From: a virus
Lineage: Duplodnaviria > Caudoviricetes
DNA: 64,000 bases
IMG/VR virus record: IMGVR_UViG_3300033463_000012
Direction: 5' to 3' (one strand)
Shown here: positions 20,358-28,676 of the stretch, piece after piece
Layout of the letters: each line of letters starts with the position of its first letter
How positions within the stretch are numbered: the stretch's first letter is position 1
Notes under the pieces: model-generated
What the model was told of the DNA's origin: nothing
The model's database searches: none
What the model saw: the letters and a program-made list of their open reading frames with translations, nothing else
Made by a program: the position numbers and the translations under genes

Positions 20358-20847
20358 CTACGAATTCCTTGAAAGTTTTGCAATGACTCTTGAAGGAGTC
20401 GATAATTTTAGCTTTGTCTCCGGTTATTAAGATACTAGGTATCATGCCACCGTGCACATGCATATACAATTTTATTTCATCCAATCCAACAGGAAGGACT
20501 CTTATGTAGTCATTTGAATCTTTAGGATATTTGCAACCGAATCCCCACGTGAAGTTATCGACAATGAAAAATCCTTCCGCTTGAGCGATCATCTTCAACA
20601 TGTTTCTCCAGAGATTGTAGCGAAACCAAAATCCCTTGAAGCCTTCCCAATGAGTTTTCATTTCCTCGGCAAATTCATTAATGCTGAAAAATGTCTCCTT
20701 GGACAAGAAAAGGCAATCGCCTTCAAATCTCCACCCTTCGTCATAATGGATCAGATGAACACCATAGTTTTCACCGAGAATGATGTTCACATCATTGACG
20801 TCATATTGGGCGCCGGCGTTTCTCAATGATTCAAGTGTTTCAAACAT
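20302..20847 (-). CDS. Hypothetical protein, paralog of 20840-21394
   Basis: Shares xxEF.EE...W.G and TG....IIDS segments. Confidence 0.65.
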   Translation of the reverse strand: MFETLESLRNAGAQYDVNDVNIILGENYGVHLIHYDEGWRFEGDCLFLSKETFFSINEFAEEMKTHWEGFKGFWFRYNLWRNMLKMIAQAEGFFIVDNFTWGFGCKYPKDSNDYIRVLPVGLDEIKLYMHVHGGMIPSILITGDKAKIIDSFKSHCKTFKEFVDGQAGDIGKTQGIRQHQV

Positions 20848-21394
20848 GACGACAAGACCACGTGGGCTCACCGCCAGATGCTACGGTGAGGACTGACCCG
20901 GTTTCCAAGTCATTTTTCCATTCTTTGGTCCTGAGAAGTTCGACCAAGGAATCAATGATCATGGACTGCTTCCCGGTGAAACAGTATTTGTCACGGGACT
21001 TGTTGCACATGAGTTCGATGTCATCAGCGCCAAAGAAATAGATGTAAATCGAATGATCGCACTTTTCCTTGCTCAAAGTGATCACACCGTTCAGACAAGA
21101 GTTTTCATCATCCACCTTCCAACCAGTTTCCTTGATCTTTTCGGAGATGAGTTTGGTCAACAACTTCACGGTGTATTCAATCTTGTCGAGTCCACCCCAC
21201 TTCCTGTTGGCCTCTTCGAAGAATTCGTCCAAGGTCTTGTATTTCGTCTTTCTGATGAACGGGTTGTTTCCGGGATTCATCACGATGTTTCCCAGTGACC
21301 ATTCATTGTTCCAGAAGCTGATGTATTCACTGAACCCGCTGGTCATTTTGATTTTGTAGGCAACGGGTTCGAGATAAGGCATGTTGTTTTCCAT
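20840..21394 (-). CDS. Hypothetical protein, paralog of 20302-20847
   Basis: 184 aa, TATTATATT element directly upstream. Confidence 0.7.
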   Translation of the reverse strand: MENNMPYLEPVAYKIKMTSGFSEYISFWNNEWSLGNIVMNPGNNPFIRKTKYKTLDEFFEEANRKWGGLDKIEYTVKLLTKLISEKIKETGWKVDDENSCLNGVITLSKEKCDHSIYIYFFGADDIELMCNKSRDKYCFTGKQSMIIDSLVELLRTKEWKNDLETGSVLTVASGGEPTWSCRHV

Positions 21395-21450
21395 ATTTCA
21401 AATATAATAAGAATTTCTGAACTGGGCTAAATTTTCTGGAGGAATTGTCA

Positions 21451-21933
21451 ATGATCCTTAATGAAGTCAAGTATTCGGACATCAGAAAGGGAGTCGATGC
21501 GAAGACGAGGGAAAGGACCAAAGCCCTCAAATCGATTCTGGTTGGCTACAAAAATGGCCAGCTGATCTTCAACACTCGCTCCGGGACTGTTCCTGGAAAG
21601 TGGTGGGTGCAGAAAGTCAGACTGCTCGACTTGCCCGAATTGCTTAAGGACACTGAACTTTCCCATTACGATATTGTCAAACTTGCTCTGCAGGGAGACA
21701 TCAAGGTGACCTGCAATTGTCCGGCACATCTCTACTGGGGATCGGCATATCGGTTGGAAAAACTTGGAGCCGAAGAAGAATTGAAAAACGTGGAACCTCC
21801 GGAACATAATACCGTGATCAACACCCTGGCTTGCAAGCACATTGACAACACGCTTTTCGCTCTTCCTTTCAATGCTCGACAGATTACGAAAATGCTGGAG
21901 CAAGCGGGAGTATTCAATAAAGAGGCTCCCTGA
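21451..21933 (+). CDS. SWIM-like zinc-finger protein, late
   Basis: CNCPAH...CKH; CTAAAT at 21427 and GGAGG SD. Confidence 0.7.
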   Translation: MILNEVKYSDIRKGVDAKTRERTKALKSILVGYKNGQLIFNTRSGTVPGKWWVQKVRLLDLPELLKDTELSHYDIVKLALQGDIKVTCNCPAHLYWGSAYRLEKLGAEEELKNVEPPEHNTVINTLACKHIDNTLFALPFNARQITKMLEQAGVFNKEAP

Positions 21934-22023
21934 GCTCCAGGGAGCCATTCTGAGACAGTTTCTGATGAGGTAGCTATAACTTACTAGCTTCTTGAAAAAT
22001 GGCTCTGATGGCTTCGTAGAGCC
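21934..22023. repeat. Dispersed palindromic element, copy B
   Basis: GGTAGCTATAACTTACTAGCT (21969-21989) identical to 49536-49556. Confidence 0.8.
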
Positions 22024-22390
22024 CCGTGGACCATTCTTCCTTGTAGAAGGCATTGGCCACCTTCTCCGACAATCCCAAATCCTTCAAGTCCTCTATATCC
22101 CAACAACCTATGATTTCGTTTGCCCTTGCATATCCCTTTTCCAGAAGGATCTCGGCCTTTATCCCTCTTTTCATATTCCCGAAAATCACTATGTTCATAA
22201 TAGGGTTATGAATTGTCGGACATGGTTCGGCTTTCACCTTTTCGCCATCTCTTGAAAGGATCCAAAGTCTGCTGCTTTTTTCTTGATAGTAAACCGGCTT
22301 GAATTTCCTTCTGTATTTCTTTGCCGTTTGCTTCAGAATGTTCTCGGTCAACTGAATGGAAAATTCCAACTGACTTTTTGTGTAATTCAT
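21974..22390 (-). CDS. Hypothetical protein
   Basis: 138 aa; C-terminus runs into repeat copy B. Confidence 0.65.
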   Translation of the reverse strand: MNYTKSQLEFSIQLTENILKQTAKKYRRKFKPVYYQEKSSRLWILSRDGEKVKAEPCPTIHNPIMNIVIFGNMKRGIKAEILLEKGYARANEIIGCWDIEDLKDLGLSEKVANAFYKEEWSTGLYEAIRAIFQEASKL

Positions 22391-22406
22391 AATTCAAATA
22401 TAATAA

Positions 22407-22435
22407 AAGAAGGGTGCATGTGAGCACCCTTCTTT
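22407..22435 (-). terminator. Intrinsic terminator after hsp20
   Basis: AAAGAAGGGTGC/GCACCCTTCTTT stem. Confidence 0.7.
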
Positions 22436-22453
22436 CATCGTCTCTACAACATT

Positions 22454-22858
22454 CTAGTCCACGGAGTCAATATTGTAGTCGTGACGCTTGTTGGCTTCGT
22501 CCACGTTGAAGCCGAATTCCACGGTAAGGATCCCCAGAGCCAACTTAACGGAAGCGGGCTCCTTCTTCAGGGTCTTCATCTCGGTGTCGAACTGATTCAA
22601 GGCGAAGGACCGCTGATCATCCTGAACCTTGACATAGAGCAGACCATTTTCGGTCCAAACCTGAATGTCTTCCTTCGGGATGCCTGGGACGATGAACTTG
22701 AAGGAAACCTTGTCGTCCGCAGATTCACGTTCCACCTTGAGAATCTTGTTTTCCACGTTCACCTTGGGAGGTTCCGCATTCCAAGACCTGCCGGAAGATT
22801 CGTTCAACAGCTGAGCGGCCAAACGTTCCAAATCTCTAACATCGAACAGACTGCACAT
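22454..22858 (-). CDS. Small heat shock protein (Hsp20/alpha-crystallin domain)
   Basis: VPGIPKEDIQV..ENGLLYV, RSFAL, LALGILTV. Confidence 0.85.
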   Translation of the reverse strand: MCSLFDVRDLERLAAQLLNESSGRSWNAEPPKVNVENKILKVERESADDKVSFKFIVPGIPKEDIQVWTENGLLYVKVQDDQRSFALNQFDTEMKTLKKEPASVKLALGILTVEFGFNVDEANKRHDYNIDSVD

Positions 22859-22905
22859 ACTCTACTCCTTTGTTTGTGGTTTGTACATCCATCCGGAACA
22901 TATAT

Positions 22906-22922
22906 AGCTAGGACTATGCCAA
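22906..22922 (-). promoter_or_regulatory. Sigma54-type -24/-12 promoter upstream of hsp20
   Basis: TTGGCATAGTCCTAGCT, GG-N10-GC spacing. Confidence 0.55.
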
Positions 22923-22949
22923 CTGAATATGTTCCAAAATAAAACTCAT

Positions 22950-23053
22950 GGTAGGATACGGGACCAGGAATCAACTACAAGGAGGCTTTCGTCGATTCTG
23001 GGAGCTATGTCACGGGAGAACCACCAACCCGCTCCCGTATCCTAAACTTCTCT
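22950..23053 (-). ncRNA. Candidate structured small RNA
   Basis: 12-bp closing helix 22952-22963/23033-23044, inner hairpins, ATTATATT promoter element near 23061-23068. Confidence 0.55.
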
Positions 23054-23095
23054 TATCTTCAATATAATTCAATATCGAGACAGGAGAAAAATTTC

Positions 23096-23938
23096 CTAAT
23101 CATTTGTGCATATAATAGATGTTAATTTGTCTATATATGCTTTTCTTTCATCTTTTGATAATTTTTGATAATGACTCCACCTAATTCTGTCAATCAATGT
23201 CCATCCATTATCAGATAACTTCATTGTTCGTATTTTGTCATGTTCAATTATTCTTTTGTCAAGGTAGTGTTGCTCACCATCAACTTCAAAATACAATTTT
23301 CATTTCGGCCATGCAAAATCTAAAAAATATCCGCATTGACTATAATCTGTTTTGAATTCTATACCCATAGAATGAAAAATTTGCATGAAATATCGTTCCG
23401 GATAACTTGGTCCTTTTCTATGATGATTAAGAAGATATGGAACCTTATCTGGATGTTCTTTTAGATATTTCTTTCTACTTTCCGAAATTTTCCTTTTTTC
23501 ATCTTCTGGTTTTATCCTTCCTTTATTGGACGGAATCAACTCTCCGTTTTTGTATCTTTTGTGTAGCTTTATTCCGCTCTCCAGGATACGTTTATCTGTT
23601 TTCTTGTTCAGTCCTTTGTTCCACGCGTGACCAGAAACCATCTTACGTTTTCCGTCTATGATTTTCCATTTTACTGGTTTTTTATCATGGACTTCAACTG
23701 AATGCTCATGTAAATCTATTCTTCTTTCTAGAACCGCGCCGCAAATTGAACACTTCCATCCGCCTTCTTTTCCCTTCCGTCCGCGTTTTTTCCACTTTCT
23801 ATTAGCGAACTCCCACCCGTTTCCATTATTTTCCAGCGGGCGTCTGTTTGGATTGGATTTGCATACTCTTTCGTGTATTCCTCGGCCGCTTGGCGCCCTG
23901 AATTCTCTTCCGCAAAATTTGCATTTGGTTTCTTTCAT
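23096..23938 (-). pseudogene. Free-standing homing-endonuclease-like gene (zinc fingers, NUMOD-like repeats, DUF559/Vsr-like nuclease) with in-frame TGA
   Basis: DFAWPK-TGA-KLYFEVDGEQH continues in the same frame; AWNKGL and KRKISES motifs. Confidence 0.75.
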
Positions 23939-23951
23939 ATCATTTTCCCTT

Positions 23952-24050
23952 TATTAAGGTTATTGCCATAACCACTAATATTTAGAGAAAATGAAACGGT
24001 TAGACGAGTTGATAAATCTCGTCAAATGGTGGCAACCATCTGTCCCGTTT
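23952..24050 (-). promoter_or_regulatory. Structured leader (three-way junction plus hairpin) upstream of the endonuclease gene
   Basis: AAACGG/CCGTTT, GACGAG/CTCGTC, ATGGT/ACCAT stems; GGTTAT/ATAACC hairpin near the RBS; CTAAAT at 23980. Confidence 0.5.
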
Positions 24051-24061
24051 ATTTATGAAAA

Positions 24062-24134
24062 TGCCGTCGCCGAGACTTGAACTCGAAATTTACCATTAAA
24101 AGTGGCAAGTGATAACCTATTTCACCACAACGGC
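24062..24134 (-). tRNA. tRNA-Lys(UUU)
   Basis: Cloverleaf, anticodon arm TGCCA-CTTTTAA-TGGTA, T-loop TTCAAGT. Confidence 0.9.
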
Positions 24135-24141
24135 TTTTGAA

Positions 24142-24455
24142 TACCCCGTGGAGGACTCGAACCTCCGACCAGCGGTTTAGCGTCCAGCATCATGTTTCCA
24201 TGACCACCCTTTCGGGCTTGCTGGCTGGACTATTTCTTCGGCGTTTCAGCCGACGTGCGTATAGTCTCTACGGATCCCTGGTCTTGGTTTCCTCGGAGTT
24301 GTCGTGTGTTGTTGGCACTTACGATTTTCTCCGATACAGCACGTTTCATTTCATGTGTTCTTTTCTTGAGAGGATTTGATTTGACCGCCATCTCAATTTT
24401 CCACACGAACGCTCCAGTTGAAGACCGCTGCTCTATCCAGCTGAGCTAACGGGGC
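24142..24455 (-). tRNA. tRNA-Arg(UCU), interrupted by a group I intron
   Basis: Exons 24455-24421 and 24180-24142 join to give GCGGT-CTTCTAA-ACCGC and a complete cloverleaf. Confidence 0.9.
24181..24420 (-). mobile_element. Group I intron, 240 nt, no ORF
   Basis: P1 with U.G splice pair (CTT|CA..TGGAG), R element GTAGAGACTA, S element AAGAAATAGTCC, terminal G. Confidence 0.88.
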
Positions 24456-24497
24456 TAGGTAATCGGGCGCCGATATTCTCGAACACCCGATTGTTTA

Positions 24498-24728
24498 TCA
24501 GGCCTTGACCATGACGTTCTGGCTAATCCGCATCTTTTCGTGCTTGTCGGACTTGGCCGTCAGGTGAATGCGATGACGCTTGTCGGGTCGTGCATCCGCC
24601 ACAATCCACTTCTTCTGAGAGGTGAGGTGGCGAACAACATCACCATTACGGAACTTCGCGCTGTTCTTGACTTCGATGGTGGCGATCTTGCCGGTGGACA
24701 GGCGGATGTTCATCTTTTGAGTAGTCAT
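24498..24728 (-). CDS. Small basic hypothetical protein
   Basis: 76 aa, AGGAG SD, upstream promoter-like sequence. Confidence 0.7.
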   Translation of the reverse strand: MTTQKMNIRLSTGKIATIEVKNSAKFRNGDVVRHLTSQKKWIVADARPDKRHRIHLTAKSDKHEKMRISQNVMVKA

Positions 24729-24830
24729 TTTGTTTTCTCCTAGTTGTGTTGGTGAAGGGATGACTGGTCCCTGACAATTAAAATATAAGCATTTTCTGGT
24801 TTGTCTGCCAAGAAAATACCTATAATTTTC

Positions 24831-25640
24831 CTACTTCAAGTTGACCACAGGCATCATTTTGTCCCCGGCTGTGACTTCGGGGAGTTTGCCATTCCACTTT
24901 TCGATCCACTTGAGAGTCAGATAGTCCTTGCCGTTCTGCTGGCGGAGGGCGTTCATCTGGAGGGAAATCGCGGCAGAATCAGCTCGTGCTTTGGTCACCT
25001 TCTGTTCCCCTTCATACTTGATCTTTTCCAGGACGTTCTTTTCCCGCAACGCCTCCTGTTCGGCCACCTGCTTCGCTTCAATTGCGGCGTTAAAGGAGCT
25101 GGAAAATTGGAACGAAGTGATAGTCAAACCGGCAATCACGATGTTGGCATTCACGGAATCCAGCTTGGCCTTGAGTTCGTGTTCCATTCGACTGCGGATT
25201 TCCTCGCGCTTCTGCAGCATTTCCTCGGGGACGTATTGGGCGGTGACGCCGGTGATCGTTTCCTTGATCTTGGGCTGAAGGATCGTCTCTACATAGGCCC
25301 GGCCGAACCTGGAATAGATTTCGCCGACCTTGGATGCGAGCGGGTGATAGTTGACGTTTGTGGCTACATTCACCTGCTGAAGGTCTCTGGAACCTGCTTC
25401 AATCTTTATTTCTTCCAGCTGGGTGGACACGGGAATCTTCACGACCGAGGTGGTGATCCCGTTGTAGATGTGCAGGCCTGGTTCATATGTCTCGGTGTAA
25501 TGACCGAAATTCAGAACCACGCCGCGTTCAGTTTCATCGATAATGGTGAAACGGATGAACAGAAAAGCCAGGAACATGCAGAGTAGGACCCCGCCTGTTA
25601 CCAGCTTCGTGGGAATGTTGAAGGTGTGTTCTTTTTCCAT
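24831..25640 (-). CDS. SPFH/prohibitin (band 7) membrane protein
   Basis: N-terminal TM helix, ERGVV..FG, PGLH, SRDLQ, AIEAKQVAEQ, WNGKLP. Confidence 0.92.
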   Translation of the reverse strand: MEKEHTFNIPTKLVTGGVLLCMFLAFLFIRFTIIDETERGVVLNFGHYTETYEPGLHIYNGITTSVVKIPVSTQLEEIKIEAGSRDLQQVNVATNVNYHPLASKVGEIYSRFGRAYVETILQPKIKETITGVTAQYVPEEMLQKREEIRSRMEHELKAKLDSVNANIVIAGLTITSFQFSSSFNAAIEAKQVAEQEALREKNVLEKIKYEGEQKVTKARADSAAISLQMNALRQQNGKDYLTLKWIEKWNGKLPEVTAGDKMMPVVNLK

Positions 25641-25641
25641 G

Positions 25642-26109
25642 CTATTCTCCTTTTTTGGTGATTTTCTTTTTGGAAACTTTCTTGGAAGGTTTCTTGTTCT
25701 GGGCCTTCTTCTGGTCCTGAACGTATTTCTCCACCTTCTTGCTCAACTTGCGGTAGTCCTCGACCTTGGGAATCAGCTTCTGGTTTTCCCACACGTAGTC
25801 AGCGAATCTGTTCCAGTTGGCTTCGATTTGGGTCCAGATGTCAATCTTGTAGCCCTCGTCATTTTTAGAGCTAGGCCACGGGAAAAGCTGAAGTTCATAC
25901 TCGCACTTTGACCAGAAGGAATACTTGAGGGCTCGCTTCAGCTCCTCTTCGAATTCCTTGCGCTCCAGTTTCTTCTTCTTGATGTTGTAGAGGTCAAGGG
26001 AGAAGCGGTAATGGTCGAAGATGTTCACTGTCTGTGGTAGATATGGCTCATTCCCGGACCAAGCTGTGGGGTATTCCCAGACATTCCATTCTAACTTCTT
26101 TTTCACCAT
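25642..26109 (-). CDS. Hypothetical phage protein
   Basis: YSFWSKCEYE, KIDIWTQI..NW; Lys-rich tail; early promoter. Confidence 0.75.
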   Translation of the reverse strand: MVKKKLEWNVWEYPTAWSGNEPYLPQTVNIFDHYRFSLDLYNIKKKKLERKEFEEELKRALKYSFWSKCEYELQLFPWPSSKNDEGYKIDIWTQIEANWNRFADYVWENQKLIPKVEDYRKLSKKVEKYVQDQKKAQNKKPSKKVSKKKITKKGE

Positions 26110-26184
26110 TGACTCCTAGGCCTGTGGTTTTCTCTGAGTTTAATATAATAAAAATAAATGAGAGTGGTCAAAGAAAAATGAAAA

Positions 26185-26532
26185 TTATGCAGAACCTACA
26201 ACCGAACATGCTCTGGTTTTCAGCACATTGTCTGCAAAATTGATCATATCATTTATCATGTTTTCTGACATGGGCGCTTCGAATTTTTCATCTACCCACA
26301 TTCCGAATCCATAAAAGACATGCGTAAATCCATCACTTGCAGCCACTATTTTACATCTATTGAAATACTTGTTCACAAAGAATGCATATCCCATTCCTGG
26401 ATGAATTCTATCTCGCAAGGTAACTGTGCACAATCCTTTGTATTCCGTATTGAATCCGGCTTCCTTGAATTTCTGTTCAAGGATTTTGGATATCAGCTTC
26501 ATGCGAAATTCAAGTGATTCGCTTCCGTTCAT
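26185..26532 (-). CDS. Hypothetical protein
   Basis: ATGA-coupled to gp62. Confidence 0.55.
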   Translation of the reverse strand: MNGSESLEFRMKLISKILEQKFKEAGFNTEYKGLCTVTLRDRIHPGMGYAFFVNKYFNRCKIVAASDGFTHVFYGFGMWVDEKFEAPMSENMINDMINFADNVLKTRACSVVGSA

Positions 26533-26939
26533 TCCAGCCACCCAGCGGATTTTACGTCTTTTACTGCCTTGTCGATTTCCTCTTCGGACATCGTGGCCAT
26601 GATTTCCTCGGCGTCCCGAGAGCCACACTTGTAGAGGAGCATTATCGCCTGAGGTCCAAGGTCATTTTCCTTCGGCTTCTTGATGTAGTTGACATACAGT
26701 CTTCTGCTCGGGAGATATGCCTGAAGAATCCTATGGTGCTGTTCAGCTGTCATTCCATTGAACAATCCCATGTTCAACATGTTGGCTAGAATGATCAAAG
26801 GATCACCGGCCATCGAGACCAGGCGATTCATGAACACAGGAGAATAGGACTTCATTTCCTCTTCGGTCAAGTCCCTCTTTCCGGTCGTGAGGGTGTCCTT
26901 GAGGATGTCAAATGGTGAAAAGGTCGAGGGTCGAGTCAT
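26529..26939 (-). CDS. gp62: Clamp loader small subunit
   Basis: SPFD.L, YSPVFMNRLVS, AN.LN, YIKK pattern. Confidence 0.75.
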   Translation of the reverse strand: MTRPSTFSPFDILKDTLTTGKRDLTEEEMKSYSPVFMNRLVSMAGDPLIILANMLNMGLFNGMTAEQHHRILQAYLPSRRLYVNYIKKPKENDLGPQAIMLLYKCGSRDAEEIMATMSEEEIDKAVKDVKSAGWLE

Positions 26940-27216
26940 TGCTTTCCTTCCGTAAACTTCTGAGGTAGTCCATCACGTCTGCAGTGATGTCGGAATCAAG
27001 AACGTTCAAGAGATGCTTCCCTTCGTCATAGACCTTGTCCACGCATACCATGAAGATGTCAGTGGTATCGTAGCCATAGGTGTCCTGAATATCATAGAAT
27101 ATCTCGGACAAGAGTTTGCCTTCCTCTTGGTTGTCATGGGATATCTTTTCCCAATCTATATTCTTGTCGCCTATTATGTTCGCTATGAATTCCTTATCGC
27201 CTTCGTCTTTGATCAT
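26908..27216 (-). CDS. Hypothetical protein, possibly gp33-like late coactivator
   Basis: 102 aa acidic helical ORF next to helicase; resemblance is weak. Confidence 0.4.
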   Translation of the reverse strand: MIKDEGDKEFIANIIGDKNIDWEKISHDNQEEGKLLSEIFYDIQDTYGYDTTDIFMVCVDKVYDEGKHLLNVLDSDITADVMDYLRSLRKESNDSTLDLFTI

Positions 27217-28562
27217 TTGAGCCCCGCAATTGTTTTCGCCTTTTCCAGGTTTTCGTTTCTTGTTTGCTTTGTCAGCTCCATCATCTTTTCCACCGACTTG
27301 TCGACCTTGTCTCCTTCGGTTTCTTCATAGACCTTCATTCTGGAGAAGTCGACTGAAAGTTGCAATCTCCTTCCTCGTCTGTTGAAGCGGTTCTTGGAGG
27401 TGATGAAGTTGTATTTCCCGCTGTCCCGCATTTCGTTGTCCTGACCGATGGTGAGGATTACGTCCGCCGTCATTACCTGGCCAATGGAGTCAGCTGTATC
27501 CGTAAGGTCAAGTTCGGCTTTTCCGTAGCCACCACGATTTGACTGGTTGGAGGATACCACGGCCACCTGTTGTTCCACGGCCAATCCTCTCAATTCTTCA
27601 GTAATGGTCTTGTATTTGATGTTAGTGTTGTCCCCGCTCCCGATGTGGTTCGGCTGCATGATGCCTACGTAGTCGACGAAAATCACATCCGGGGTGAATT
27701 TCTGCTTCATCTTCAAGTCCTTCAACAACTTGCGAAGGGTGTTGGCCGAAGCCGAAGCGGTTGGATATTCCTTGATGAAAAGACGATTGGTCCTTCCGAT
27801 CAATGCCTTGTAGCCCTCTTCGAATTGCTCTTTGGTCAAGACGTATAGGTCCTGCATGGAGATGTTGGCCACGTTGACATAGATTCGCTTGGAGATTTCC
27901 TCTTCGCTCATTTCCATCGTGACGTAGAGGACGTTCTTCCCGGAGAGGAAGGCGTTTGTGGCGAAGGAACACTTGCAAAGGGTTTTACCTACATTGGACG
28001 GGGCAATTAGGAGGGACAGCGTCTTCTCGTGCCAGCCACCGCCGATTTCCTTGTCCAGTGTGTCTATCCCCGTGGAGACCACCTTCGTGTTTTCGTGGAT
28101 GTAGTCGAACAGGCGTGTGCCATCGTTCGAGAAGTCCATGCCGATGCTGTTGTCGAAGTCGAATGAACAAATATCTCGTAAGGAATCGAGATAAGGAAGG
28201 ATGAATTCAGCTCCCTTGTCCTCCAGCCCGTCGGTCATTTCCCCGAGAGTGTCCAACATCATTCTGGTCTTGAACCATTCCTTGATGTAGTCCTTCTTGA
28301 TGTCCATGGATACATCGGCATGAACATTGAGGCAATTGTCCAATTCGGTCTTTGCCTCTTCTGACGGGAGAATGTATCTGAGTTCTGAAGCGGAAGGAAA
28401 CTTTGTCCTCTTTTCCTTCTCCTTCAAATATGTGGAAATGATTTCCTTGTGGACAGGGTTCTGAAAGTATTTCTCGTCAAGATATGGAAAAATCCTGTCC
28501 CTTAAATGTTCTTCCTGAAAAAGCAAGGAGATCAGCTCTTTGCTTCTGTCTTTTGTTTCCAT
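27213..28562 (-). CDS. gp41: DnaB-like replicative helicase
   Basis: APSNVGKT Walker A, YVTMEMSE, IKEYPT, FVDY, EELRGLA, Q.NR. Confidence 0.95.
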   Translation of the reverse strand: METKDRSKELISLLFQEEHLRDRIFPYLDEKYFQNPVHKEIISTYLKEKEKRTKFPSASELRYILPSEEAKTELDNCLNVHADVSMDIKKDYIKEWFKTRMMLDTLGEMTDGLEDKGAEFILPYLDSLRDICSFDFDNSIGMDFSNDGTRLFDYIHENTKVVSTGIDTLDKEIGGGWHEKTLSLLIAPSNVGKTLCKCSFATNAFLSGKNVLYVTMEMSEEEISKRIYVNVANISMQDLYVLTKEQFEEGYKALIGRTNRLFIKEYPTASASANTLRKLLKDLKMKQKFTPDVIFVDYVGIMQPNHIGSGDNTNIKYKTITEELRGLAVEQQVAVVSSNQSNRGGYGKAELDLTDTADSIGQVMTADVILTIGQDNEMRDSGKYNFITSKNRFNRRGRRLQLSVDFSRMKVYEETEGDKVDKSVEKMMELTKQTRNENLEKAKTIAGLK

Positions 28563-28632
28563 CTAGCTTCCTTTGACTTTACTCTGAATATAGCCAAAAT
28601 CAAGGTTAATGACCAGATTAAAATGTAAAAGA

Positions 28633-28657
28633 AAAGCCCGGCTTGTCGCCGGGCTTT
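28633..28657 (-). terminator. Intrinsic terminator
   Basis: AAAGCCCGGC/GCCGGGCTTT stem. Confidence 0.8.
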
Positions 28658-28676
28658 GAGTTGTGATCAATCTTTA

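Noticed and set aside
23300-23302. Genome-wide TGA recoding or selenocysteine insertion
   Set aside because: Many genes end properly at TGA, core genes are intact in the standard code, and no UCA-anticodon tRNA is present in the window
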